A DNA stretch of 64,000 nt from a virus: IMG/VR virus record IMGVR_UViG_3300031774_000001; one strand, written 5' to 3'. The notes below the pieces were generated by a model. The model saw nothing but the letters and a program-made list of their open reading frames with translations, was not told the DNA's origin and did not search any database. The first letter of the stretch is position 1. Each line of letters starts with the position of its first letter. This document shows, piece after piece, positions 9,174-18,467 of this stretch. The position numbers and the translations under genes are program-made.

Positions 9174-9340
9174 AGAATTATTATCAGGTGAATTTTGCAT
9201 TAATGCAACATCATAAATATTCATTGACTGAATTGGAGAATATGGTGCCTTGGGAGAGGGAAATATATGTGAATTTGTTATCCAATCATATCAAAGAAGA
9301 AAATGATAGGATTAGGTTAAAGAATGCAGGACAAAAATAA
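9140..9340 (+). CDS. g51: baseplate hub assembly protein gp51 (-1 frame relative to g26; possible frameshift extension; in-frame GTG 9188 and ATG 9203)
   Basis: LSHESLENYYQVNFALMQHHKYSLTELENMVPWEREIYV; missed by the ORF track. Confidence 0.85.
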   Translation, partial: FFRIALSHESLENYYQVNFALMQHHKYSLTELENMVPWEREIYVNLLSNHIKEENDRIRLKNAGQK

Positions 9341-9348
9341 AGGAAGTT

Positions 9349-9672
9349 ATGGCAGACGATTTAATAAAAGTAAAAAAGACTACGGAAGAGTATGAAGTAG
9401 CAAAGAGTGATTTGATACCTGAAGAAGGTGATGACGCTCCTACAATAACAAATAAAATTGCAGGTCTATTAGACAAATTTAGGGTTATACCTAGACTGGT
9501 GATGTTGGCGTATATCTATGCCTTCTATAAATCAGTAACTTGGTTTATGCAATTACCAGACCCAACCAATTCACAAGCAATGTACATATCAACGATAGTT
9601 GGTGCTGGTGCAGCCTTCTTTGGATTATATGTTGGCAAACCAGGTGCAAAGATACCTAAAATTAAAAAATAA
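9349..9672 (+). CDS. two-TM membrane protein, holin-like
   Basis: Acidic N-terminus, two hydrophobic segments, basic C-terminus. Confidence 0.55.
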   Translation: MADDLIKVKKTTEEYEVAKSDLIPEEGDDAPTITNKIAGLLDKFRVIPRLVMLAYIYAFYKSVTWFMQLPDPTNSQAMYISTIVGAGAAFFGLYVGKPGAKIPKIKK

Positions 9673-9680
9673 GGAGAGTT

Positions 9681-10133
9681 ATGGCAAAAGATAGAATAGA
9701 TATATCAAGTGAATCCGCTGTAAGTATGCCTATGAAGAATCTTTTGGCTATAATCTCAGCCGTCGCTGTTGGCGTATGGGCTTATTTTGGAGTGATTGAG
9801 CGATTGAACAAACTGGAGACCAATACAACATTATTAGAAAAAGATTTAACACAAGCAGAAGCAGCCTTAACTGCTGATATAGATAAGAACAACGAATTTA
9901 GAATCAAATGGCCGAGAGGTGATTTAGGATCACCACCTGCTGATTCTGAGCAATTTATGTTAATAGAATTTTTGAGTGGTCAAGTAGAGTCCATACAAAA
10001 AGATTTACAGAATATGATGAACAATGCAGTTAATATTGAGAGATTGCAGAAAGATATGGAAAAGGTTTTAGCTGACGTAGAAAAATTAAAAGATAAAATA
10101 AGAAGTGTCAAAAACGGACACTCGGGAGAGTAA
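9681..10133 (+). CDS. membrane-anchored coiled-coil protein (inner-spanin-like topology)
   Basis: TM LLAIISAVAVGVWAYFGV followed by heptad repeats. Confidence 0.5.
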   Translation: MAKDRIDISSESAVSMPMKNLLAIISAVAVGVWAYFGVIERLNKLETNTTLLEKDLTQAEAALTADIDKNNEFRIKWPRGDLGSPPADSEQFMLIEFLSGQVESIQKDLQNMMNNAVNIERLQKDMEKVLADVEKLKDKIRSVKNGHSGE

Positions 10134-10135
10134 AT

Positions 10136-10435
10136 ATGGACGCAACAACATTAATTACCATTATAACTATGTTTATTGTAACCGATACCTCAAGCGAATT
10201 CGTTAAGTACGATGGATTAATGGATTGCTTGAAAGAGAAGAGAGCAATAGAAAAGTTAAAAGATGGTCGTAGAGTTATTTGTGGTCCTTCTTTAGCAGAA
10301 GTTGACGCAGATGGCAATATAATTAGTATCAAAAACAAAATGCCTGACCAATCAGGTAGTTTGAAACTAGGTGGTACTGCTAAATCATTATCTGAAAAGA
10401 AAAAAGAAAAGAAAACTAAAGTATTAACGAAATAG
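10136..10435 (+). CDS. exported hypothetical protein with DCLKxKR motif
   Basis: Hydrophobic N-terminus and two Cys. Confidence 0.6.
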   Translation: MDATTLITIITMFIVTDTSSEFVKYDGLMDCLKEKRAIEKLKDGRRVICGPSLAEVDADGNIISIKNKMPDQSGSLKLGGTAKSLSEKKKEKKTKVLTK

Positions 10436-10443
10436 GATAAATT

Positions 10444-11520
10444 ATGAAACTTAATTTTAAAAAGAATATTCAAAATATCATTGGTGTTTTGATGTTAGCC
10501 GCTGTGTTATTAGCAGTTGCTTTTACTAGTAATAGTAATAAAGGTTCAAAAGTTGTAGTAGAAAAAGAAATAGGTTTACTTCAACAAGTGAAAGAGAGAG
10601 GATATATTATATGTGGAGTTAATGCTAACTTACCAGGATTTTCTGCTCAAGACGAGAGTGGAACTTGGAGTGGTTTAGATGTTGATTTCTGTAAGGCAGT
10701 ATCCGCTGCTATATTTGGTGACTCAAGTAAAGTAGAATTTGTAGGATTAAATGCTGCTCAAAGATTTCCAACATTAGCGTCAGGTAATATTGATGTACTT
10801 GCAAGAAACACAACGTGGACAATCAGTCGTGATGTTAACTTGATGTTTGAATTTGCAGGAGTTAACTATTATGATGGACAAGGGTTTTTAATACCAACAG
10901 AATTAGGAATTAAAAGTGCTAAAGGTTTAGATGGTGCGTTTGTATGTATTACAAAAGAAACTACAAGTGAATTAAATCTAAATGATTATTTTGCAGAAAA
11001 CAATATGGCATATAGACCAATATATGTTGAAGGTAATAAAGAAGCAAAAGCAAAACTATTTGGTGGTGAGTGTGATGTATTCACAACAGACGCCTCTGGT
11101 TTAGCAAGTGCTAGGTCTGGTGCAGAAGATCCAAGTAAATGGATGGTATTACCAGAAATTATATCTAAAGAACCTTTAGGTCCACTTGTAAGACAAGGCG
11201 ACCAAGAGTGGGAAGATGTAATTAGATGGACACATTTTATTATGGTTAATGCTGAAGAAGCAGGTATCACTAGTAAAAATGTTGATGAAATGTTAACTGC
11301 TAAATCAAAAGAAGTTAAAAGAATATTAGGTGTTGAAGGTTATATCGGTCCTATGTTAGGGTTAGGTATGAAATTTGGTTATAACATTATCAAACAAGTA
11401 GGAAACTATGGTGAATCATTTGAGAGAAATGTAGGACCTAATACTCCACTTGCATTAGAACGAGGATTAAATAATCTTTGGAAGAACGGTGGCGTAATGT
11501 ACGTACCACCTATTAGATAG
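10444..11520 (+). CDS. aapJ: general L-amino-acid ABC transporter substrate-binding protein (AapJ/BztA/YhdW family)
   Basis: CGVN..LPGFS, GLDVDFCKAVSAAIFGD, RFPTLASG.IDVLARNTTWT.SRD, YYDGQGF, ISKEPLGP.VRQGD, VGNYGESFERNVG, YVPPIR. Confidence 0.95.
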   Translation: MKLNFKKNIQNIIGVLMLAAVLLAVAFTSNSNKGSKVVVEKEIGLLQQVKERGYIICGVNANLPGFSAQDESGTWSGLDVDFCKAVSAAIFGDSSKVEFVGLNAAQRFPTLASGNIDVLARNTTWTISRDVNLMFEFAGVNYYDGQGFLIPTELGIKSAKGLDGAFVCITKETTSELNLNDYFAENNMAYRPIYVEGNKEAKAKLFGGECDVFTTDASGLASARSGAEDPSKWMVLPEIISKEPLGPLVRQGDQEWEDVIRWTHFIMVNAEEAGITSKNVDEMLTAKSKEVKRILGVEGYIGPMLGLGMKFGYNIIKQVGNYGESFERNVGPNTPLALERGLNNLWKNGGVMYVPPIR

Positions 11521-11528
11521 GGAGAAAT

Positions 11529-12011
11529 ATGTTTAAAACATTAATAGACAAAATAGGTTTTAAGAACGGCGATACTAAATGGTTATTAAAGATTTTAGGT
11601 GCTATATTTGCTATTGCAATAATATTTGGAGTTTTCTTACATAATCAAGCAAAAGCAGATTGTACAGGTTGCGGAGATGATGGACACCAACAATGTCCAC
11701 TAGAAGCAGGTGAACACGCACACGATCCAGAAGTAGTATTTGCAGTATGTGTATTTTCAGATGGTCAATTAATAGACCATAAAGGTGCAGATAATATGTC
11801 CGATTGCTTAAAAACAAAAAGAGAAGTTGAGAAAAAGTGGAGAAATAGAGCAGAAGGTACAGATAGCGTAGAGATTAATGGTATCACGTATCAAATACAC
11901 GGTGACTCATTAGCATTTATGTGTGATTTAGTTGACGCTCAAGTACATCATTACGAAGACGGCAGTTGGGAAATAGTAGAGATACTAGGCAAACATAAAA
12001 AAGAAGAGTAA
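11529..12011 (+). CDS. exported His/Cys-rich hypothetical protein, distant paralog of 10136
   Basis: TM, then DCTGCGDDGHQQC...HAH and MSDCLKTKR. Confidence 0.6.
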   Translation: MFKTLIDKIGFKNGDTKWLLKILGAIFAIAIIFGVFLHNQAKADCTGCGDDGHQQCPLEAGEHAHDPEVVFAVCVFSDGQLIDHKGADNMSDCLKTKREVEKKWRNRAEGTDSVEINGITYQIHGDSLAFMCDLVDAQVHHYEDGSWEIVEILGKHKKEE

Positions 12012-12014
12012 TCA

Positions 12015-13904
12015 ATGGCAGAATCTATGGTAGTTGCCGACAACGTAGAGTTGGTCGCTAATAATATACAGAATAAAGTTGGTGCAACATTGCTTGGTAC
12101 TAGAGCAATGGCAGAAGACACTACTAAAGAAGTTAGTGAAACATCTATAGGTGTATTAGACCAGATTAAAACTTTTCAAGAGGCAACTGTTCAAAAAGTA
12201 CACGCTGTTTGGGAAATATTAAAATCACAATTAGATTTACAAAAAGACGCTGAACGTAGAGCAAGGGAAAATGAAAAAGAACTTGCCCTTGAAAGAGGTG
12301 GTGCAGGTGGTGGCGCAGGCACACTTACTGGTCTTAAAGGTGCAGTTGATGACGCAGGAGAAGGTTTTGGTTCAAGATTAAAAGACCAATTACTAGGTGC
12401 AGGTACAGCTTTATTTACTATGGCAGGATTAAAATCCTTTGCAGGTAAGATATTCAAAGCAGGTTTGTTTTTAATGTTGGCTGATTTGGCAGGTGACGCT
12501 TTAATTGACCATTTTGATGTAGAAGACCCTGCTGTTAAAGAACAAATTAAATTAGGATTACCAACTGCTGCTGTTTTATTTGGATTATTAAAATTTAGAA
12601 CTGCTATTATGGCAATAATACCTGCTATGGTTGCTATGGCATTATGGTCTCTTACAGATTTTATAACAGGTGATAAAGTTGCCGCTGAATATAATGGTTT
12701 TGATTGGGGTAAAGTTGCATTAACAGGTCCAGCATTATTGTTAACTGCTAAAATGTTTGGATTACTTGGTACTGCTGCTGGTGGTGCATTAACTATTGGT
12801 GGTTTAATAGTGGGTTGGCCTGTTGTTATTGCCGCTTCATTAGCAATTGCATTAGCGGCTGGTATGGGATATTTAACTAGTAAAGTTGGTCAAACTCAAC
12901 AATTAATGTTAGACCATTTAGAAGATATACATAAACTCACGCAAGATGAATTTAATAGAAGATTAGTAGAAGAAAAATCTAAATTTTTACAAAGATTAAG
13001 TCCTGCATTATATAAATGGTTTGGTGGAGATACTACTATGCTACAAGAAGTTGAAGGTGCTACAGAAGCAATGGCAGACAAAGCTGAATCTAAAGAAGGA
13101 AAAGTTTCTAAAAAAGAAGTAGACGATACTTTGGCAACAGGTGATAAATTACTTATGTCAATGGCCTCAGCAGAATTTAAAGAAGAGGCAATGTATGATG
13201 AACACAAATTAGATTATATAAGAGAAATTGCTACAAATTTATTGAGAACAGCTGCGTCAGGTAAAGTATCGCAAGAAGACGCAGACGCAATGACACTTCA
13301 AGCTAAATCAATGTTTGACCAAGTTGAGGTATTAGCGGCAGAAATATATCAAGAAAAAGGAAAAGACGCCCCTAAACATATAAGAAAAATAGCTCTTAAA
13401 GAAGACTATAAAGGTATGAGTATTGATCCTTTGGAAAGAGACCGAGAGCATAAACTTAAAATGGCTGATTTAGAAAATATTAAATCAGCTCACGAAGCAG
13501 AAATAGCGAGATTGGATGCATTAAAAGAAGATTCTCCTGACGAATATGGAAAAGAAGAAAAAGCAAAACATAAAGTAGCTGTAAAAGCATTATCAGGAAT
13601 TGAATCAGAAATACGACAATTACGACATAACAGAATCTTTTCAGATGAAGATAAATTGACAATAGACAAATTATATCAAATAATTTCACCAGAGTTAGGG
13701 TCACAATTGTTGGAAGAAGGATTAAAAGATAAAAAAGTTAATTTAAAAGATATCAATAAGTTAATTCAAGAAAAAAGTGAATCAAAATTTAAAGACCAAA
13801 TGCATTGGTCACAAAAGGTAAGCAATGTAAAAGCTGATACTATTGCAGTTGGCATTCATAACAAAGGTGTAAAAATTGACAATACAGATTTTAGGATTAA
13901 TTAA
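12015..13904 (+). CDS. probable tail tape-measure protein (gp29-like)
   Basis: 629 aa helical protein with a Gly/Ala-rich hydrophobic core and coiled coils; lies downstream of g26/g51. Confidence 0.65.
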   Translation: MAESMVVADNVELVANNIQNKVGATLLGTRAMAEDTTKEVSETSIGVLDQIKTFQEATVQKVHAVWEILKSQLDLQKDAERRARENEKELALERGGAGGGAGTLTGLKGAVDDAGEGFGSRLKDQLLGAGTALFTMAGLKSFAGKIFKAGLFLMLADLAGDALIDHFDVEDPAVKEQIKLGLPTAAVLFGLLKFRTAIMAIIPAMVAMALWSLTDFITGDKVAAEYNGFDWGKVALTGPALLLTAKMFGLLGTAAGGALTIGGLIVGWPVVIAASLAIALAAGMGYLTSKVGQTQQLMLDHLEDIHKLTQDEFNRRLVEEKSKFLQRLSPALYKWFGGDTTMLQEVEGATEAMADKAESKEGKVSKKEVDDTLATGDKLLMSMASAEFKEEAMYDEHKLDYIREIATNLLRTAASGKVSQEDADAMTLQAKSMFDQVEVLAAEIYQEKGKDAPKHIRKIALKEDYKGMSIDPLERDREHKLKMADLENIKSAHEAEIARLDALKEDSPDEYGKEEKAKHKVAVKALSGIESEIRQLRHNRIFSDEDKLTIDKLYQIISPELGSQLLEEGLKDKKVNLKDINKLIQEKSESKFKDQMHWSQKVSNVKADTIAVGIHNKGVKIDNTDFRIN

Positions 13905-14213
13905 ATGATAACAATATTAGAAAACGCAAAAAATAGATTAGCAGAATTAAAAGAAAAACATAGTAAGAACTATGTTAGACTATCTGTAAAGGGTGGTGGT
14001 TGTGCTGGTTTTGGTTATGACTGGTCATTTGAAGACACAGCAAAAGATGATGATTTAGTTGTTGATGATACGTTGTTAGTAGATAAAAGTTTTGAATTGT
14101 ATTTACTAGGTATGCAATTGGATTATAAGAACGATATATTTGGTGCAAACTTTGTATTCAACAACCCAAAAGCTAAATCTAGTTGTGGGTGTGGCACATC
14201 ATTTTCTATTTAA
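13905..14213 (+). CDS. iscA: A-type Fe-S cluster carrier (IscA/SufA/HesB)
   Basis: RLSVKGGGCAGF.Y and F.F.NP.AKSSCGCG.SF. Confidence 0.95.
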   Translation: MITILENAKNRLAELKEKHSKNYVRLSVKGGGCAGFGYDWSFEDTAKDDDLVVDDTLLVDKSFELYLLGMQLDYKNDIFGANFVFNNPKAKSSCGCGTSFSI

Positions 14214-14637
14214 ATCCTAATTCTTTTTCAGTAATCAATTTAAATTCCATACTATTATTTACACAATAAGCTTTTGCCGCTGACCATTTTGCTTTATTTT
14301 TGATATAGTTAAATGACTCACGCATATAAGATTTAGTTTTTAATTTAGGTTTTTTAGGTTTGACACATTGTCTTGATGGTTTAATTTCAATCATATACTT
14401 TTTATTTTTAGTTGTCTTGATAACAAAGTCTGGAAAGTATCTATGGAATTTCTTATCTAATGGATTATAGTATCTGATAGGCAATTCTTCACTTGCCCAA
14501 ACTAATATGTCAGGATTTAGGTCGCAATAACGCATAAACCTACGCTCTAATAGTGACCTATACACTATCATATTTGGGTTGCCTACATATTTTCTAGGGT
14601 ATGTTGGTCTGTATATTCCTTTGTAACTCTTCTTCAT
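14206..14637 (-). CDS. g4: head completion nuclease gp4
   Basis: YKG.YRP.YP.KY.G, YRS.LE, WASEE, HRYFPDF, IEIKP, N.AKW.AA, ITEKEL. Confidence 0.95.
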   Translation of the reverse strand: MKKSYKGIYRPTYPRKYVGNPNMIVYRSLLERRFMRYCDLNPDILVWASEELPIRYYNPLDKKFHRYFPDFVIKTTKNKKYMIEIKPSRQCVKPKKPKLKTKSYMRESFNYIKNKAKWSAAKAYCVNNSMEFKLITEKELGFK

Positions 14638-14654
14638 AAACTACCTATAAATCA

Positions 14655-14676
14655 TATAAATATAATAGTATTTATA
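14655..14676. promoter_or_regulatory. paired opposite late promoters for g48 (+) and g4 (-)
   Basis: TATAAATA at 14655-14662 (+) and TATTTATA at 14669-14676 (-). Confidence 0.8.
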
Positions 14677-14688
14677 ACAAGGATCAAA

Positions 14689-15927
14689 ATGGGACACGTA
14701 TCAGGACATAAAAGAAGTATAAGACTAGGCACTTACTTAAAAAATGCAGTAAGCAATGCTAAAAGATTTGTGGTTAATAAGTATGTAGGAAACATAAGTC
14801 CCTCAGCTCTTATTAGTAATTTTGGTTCAACAGCTATAAATTCAGTAAATACCGATCCAGTCAATAAATTATTAAAGAAATCACCATTTGAGATTAATCA
14901 AGATAGAAGAAGTTTAAAGCATAGAGACCCTTTAGGTTTTAAACATTTACAATATCCAACAGATTTAACTGGTAATGAACACGGTAATTGGATACTATTT
15001 TTCCCAATTACATCAAACGTTGGTGATAATCCAGCAGACCATCCAGATTTTAAATTAGCAGAAAGTATGGGAATGCCAAAACCAACTAAATTTGTTGAAG
15101 AAGGAGATTTAGAAGAATCTAATATAAATGAAGTTGCTAGTGATGAGATAAGAGAACAATATAAAAAAAGAGGCATTGAATTACCTAGAATGGTTAAAAC
15201 AAATACTACATTAGCGGGTACTGAATATAATAGTAAAGATATTGTATCAGGTGCAATTGCATTATATATGCCACCAAATATTAAAGTAAGTTATGGTGCA
15301 GAATGGGGACCAGAAGATATGGGAATTTCAGGAGATATAGCAAATGCTTTTAATGCTATTCAAACAAGTGATAAAGAAGGTATGGAACTAGTGACTGAAA
15401 CATTAAGACACGGTACAGGTATAACATTACAAAAAATGAAAGAAGGTCTATCAAATGTAACATCAGGTGCAGGTATGGGTGATTGGGCAAAACTATTAGG
15501 TAAAGGTGTAGGATTAGCAATTAACAATCACGCTGAAATGTTTTATGAAGGTCCACAATTTAGAAGTTTTGATTATTCATTTAGATTTTGGCCTAGAAAT
15601 CCAGATGAAGTAAAAACAATACAAGATATAATTTTAATGTTTAAATGGCATATGCATCCTGAAAGAAATACTAAAGCTTGGCACGCAGGTCGTATGTTTG
15701 AATATCCTTCAGAATTTGAAATACATTATTTGCATAGAAGTGGTGTTAATGAAAGTTTAAATAAAATATCAAGATGTGCTTTAACAAAATGTGATATAAG
15801 TTATACACCATCTGAATCAAATAATTTTAAAACTTTTGAAGATTTTTCACCAGTTACATATCAAGTTGATTTGGCATTTAAAGAATTAGAATATATGACT
15901 AAAGATAAAATTGGACAAGGATTCTAA
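14689..15927 (+). CDS. g48: baseplate tail-tube cap gp48
   Basis: LQYP.DL, IALYMPP, N..EMFYEGPQFRSF.YSF.F.PRN..E, YPSEFEI, L.FKELE. Confidence 0.9.
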   Translation: MGHVSGHKRSIRLGTYLKNAVSNAKRFVVNKYVGNISPSALISNFGSTAINSVNTDPVNKLLKKSPFEINQDRRSLKHRDPLGFKHLQYPTDLTGNEHGNWILFFPITSNVGDNPADHPDFKLAESMGMPKPTKFVEEGDLEESNINEVASDEIREQYKKRGIELPRMVKTNTTLAGTEYNSKDIVSGAIALYMPPNIKVSYGAEWGPEDMGISGDIANAFNAIQTSDKEGMELVTETLRHGTGITLQKMKEGLSNVTSGAGMGDWAKLLGKGVGLAINNHAEMFYEGPQFRSFDYSFRFWPRNPDEVKTIQDIILMFKWHMHPERNTKAWHAGRMFEYPSEFEIHYLHRSGVNESLNKISRCALTKCDISYTPSESNNFKTFEDFSPVTYQVDLAFKELEYMTKDKIGQGF

Positions 15928-16466
15928 TGTCAAGATATTTTGAACAGTTTCCATTAATGTTATACGATATTAAGGCAAATGGTTATTATAAACTAGTGCC
16001 TGATATATTTCGTAGAATTAAAACAAGAGATAAAATAAAAAATAACATAACAATATTAGATGTTTATGATGTTGAAGATGGAGAGAAACCAGAACACGTA
16101 GCATATAAAGTATACGGTGATACAAATTATTTTTGGGTTGTGTGTATGATAAACAATATTGAAAATGTTTATTATGATTGGCCGTTGTCAAATATGCAAT
16201 TTGAAAGTTTTTTAAAAGACAAATACGTTAATGTTGACGCAGTACATCATTATGAAAAGATACAATCAAGTGGACCTCAAATAGGTGATGGACCTGATGA
16301 TTATTCTCATATGATAGAATGCAATTCAACAGATTCAGGCGCAGGTCCTGTTACCAATTATGAATATGAAAGAAGATTATTAGACAAGAAAAGACAAATT
16401 AAAATAGTTAGTCCACAATATCTTGATTTGTTTTTACAAGAATTTAAAACATTGATTAAACAATGA
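15927..16466 (+). CDS. g53: baseplate wedge gp53
   Basis: YF..FP...Y, DGEKPEHVAYKVYGD..YFWVV, DWPLS, TNYEYE, KRQIKI. Confidence 0.93.
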   Translation: MSRYFEQFPLMLYDIKANGYYKLVPDIFRRIKTRDKIKNNITILDVYDVEDGEKPEHVAYKVYGDTNYFWVVCMINNIENVYYDWPLSNMQFESFLKDKYVNVDAVHHYEKIQSSGPQIGDGPDDYSHMIECNSTDSGAGPVTNYEYERRLLDKKRQIKIVSPQYLDLFLQEFKTLIKQ

Positions 16467-16467
16467 T

Positions 16468-17997
16468 ATGGCACAAAATAAAGAAAGACTCACAAAAGCA
16501 GGCGACTACAATTTAGACGTTGCCGAAATATTATCCTACAGAATGACAGGTGGTGTGCCTGGTCAACAGCAACCTTATAGGGTAAATATACTACCTATCA
16601 TTACACAAATAGAAATTAACGAAGGTATTTTTAATAAATCAGTTTTGGGTAGAATACAAGTGTATGATACGCAAGATGTAAGAACGGTATTACCTATTGT
16701 TGGTTTAGAAAGATTAAATCTAAAATTTCATACACCTGGTCTTGATGGCATATGTGCTGTTGCTAACGAAGGTCACCCATTTCACATATACAAAATTGAC
16801 CAAGTTGCACCTGACAGTAAAGCAGTTGCCGCTGGTGGTCAAGTATATGACATTTATTTTTGTTCAAGAGAATCTTATTTTAATCTTATAAGAAAAGTCA
16901 GTAAAGCATATGATGGACCTGTTGAATTAGGTGTTGAAGATATATTTAAGAATAGAAATTATCTTAACAGTAAAAAGAATTTATATGTTGAACCTACAAA
17001 ATATAATACTAAAATGGTTATGCCAAATGTAAGACCATTTCAGGCAATTGATATGTTAGCAAAAAAGGCAGTATCAGGATTATATGAAAATGCAGGATAT
17101 CTATTCTATGAAACAAAAGACGGATATAATTTTAGAAGTATTGAATCATTATTAGCAGTTGCAGGTAGTGTAGCAAGACCTGCTAAATTTGCATATTACT
17201 ATCAAATGGGAAGTGTTAGACATCCAGTATTTGGTTCTAAAGATATAGTGGCAGATATGCACGGTGTATATAGTTGGGATTTAAATAGACCATCTGATAC
17301 ATTAAATAATTTGGCAGAAGGTGGTTATGCAAGTAAATTAATTGAACACGATATGTTTTATAAGACAATCAATACAACAGAATATGATTATGCAAAAGAT
17401 TTTGGCAATCATTTTCATACTGAGCATAAATGGGGTAATAAATCTAATGACAAAACACCATTACCTAAAGCAAAATTTGATGACACATTTAAAACATTAT
17501 CACAGGCATACGACCAAAAATTAATGGTTAAATCACATACAAGTAATATACACGATACAGCGCCAACTATTAGTGATAAACATACTACACAAAAGGCAAT
17601 ATCACAAAGACAGTTATTATCTGTTGGTCAATTAGAACTTAATGTACCTGGTAATAGTGCCTTACAAGCAGGTGATATTATTACCTTTGATATGCCAATA
17701 ATGCAACCAACAGGACACAAAAAAGAAATAGTTTCTAGTCCATTTTGGGCAGGCAGATATTTAATATATGAAATGAAACATATTATAGATAGGTCAAAAG
17801 ACACATACTCTATGATATTAAAATGTTGTAAAGATAATGTAGCAAAAAGTTATGTTGCCGAGTATAACTCTTGGACACACTCAGCACCACGCAGAAAAAC
17901 TTACAATATTTACGAAACTGATAAAGAAATAATAACAAGAATGGGTACAAATGCTCAAGGTCTAACAACAGGACAACATAAGGCATTTAGAACGTAG
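16468..17997 (+). CDS. baseplate hub protein (gp27-like)
   Basis: LPIVGLE, YLFYET.DGYNF.SIE, VPGN..L.AGD.I, GRYLI..M.H; lies between g53 and g5. Confidence 0.75.
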   Translation: MAQNKERLTKAGDYNLDVAEILSYRMTGGVPGQQQPYRVNILPIITQIEINEGIFNKSVLGRIQVYDTQDVRTVLPIVGLERLNLKFHTPGLDGICAVANEGHPFHIYKIDQVAPDSKAVAAGGQVYDIYFCSRESYFNLIRKVSKAYDGPVELGVEDIFKNRNYLNSKKNLYVEPTKYNTKMVMPNVRPFQAIDMLAKKAVSGLYENAGYLFYETKDGYNFRSIESLLAVAGSVARPAKFAYYYQMGSVRHPVFGSKDIVADMHGVYSWDLNRPSDTLNNLAEGGYASKLIEHDMFYKTINTTEYDYAKDFGNHFHTEHKWGNKSNDKTPLPKAKFDDTFKTLSQAYDQKLMVKSHTSNIHDTAPTISDKHTTQKAISQRQLLSVGQLELNVPGNSALQAGDIITFDMPIMQPTGHKKEIVSSPFWAGRYLIYEMKHIIDRSKDTYSMILKCCKDNVAKSYVAEYNSWTHSAPRRKTYNIYETDKEIITRMGTNAQGLTTGQHKAFRT

Positions 17998-18011
17998 TAA
18001 AAGGGGATATT

Positions 18012-18122
18012 ATGAGAACTACTGAAAGAATCTTTGAGAATCGCAAAATTTTTGGGTTTGCTAACGCTAGACGTGTATGGCAACCATTACAACTGGCCGT
18101 AGTAGAGATTAAGACAGGTTAA
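18012..18122 (+). CDS. possible small ORF (36 aa)
   Basis: AAGGGG RBS then ATG; no recognisable motif. Confidence 0.25.
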   Translation: MRTTERIFENRKIFGFANARRVWQPLQLAVVEIKTG

Positions 18123-18170
18123 ACACAGAAACAATGAGAACAATTAGAGAACAACTATCAGAATTGCCTA

Positions 18171-18199
18171 TTGACACCGTGAGCGGAATAGTGTATAAC
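18171..18199 (+). promoter_or_regulatory. sigma70 promoter inside the late gene block
   Basis: TTGACA-17bp-TATAAC. Confidence 0.7.
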
Positions 18200-18314
18200 G
18201 TAGATGAACTACACACACCACAGCTAGGTCGCCAGTTATACTATGGTAGTCAACCTTACAGTATTCACGAGCAATTTAATGTTGTTCTACAAGGCATATT
18301 AGGTATTTTACCTC

Positions 18315-18426
18315 TTACGCAAGTGGTCGCAAAGGGTACGCAAACGAGGCTGCGTAAAGATATTATTACACGCAGTCCTCACACGAACCTGCGTAAAGGT
18401 ATTCTAAATAGTATTAAAATGCGTAA
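18315..18426. repeat. six TGCGTAA/TTACGCA-type motifs in both orientations with hairpins
   Basis: At 18315, 18337, 18351, 18370, 18390 and 18420; CTGCGTAAAG occurs twice. Confidence 0.6.
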
Positions 18427-18467
18427 GTCGTGTTCTTTAAAAGAAAAACAATATGGGAAAAAATTAA

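Noticed and set aside
18315-18426. CRISPR mini-array
   Set aside because: Repeats are only 6-10 nt, in mixed orientation, with irregular spacing
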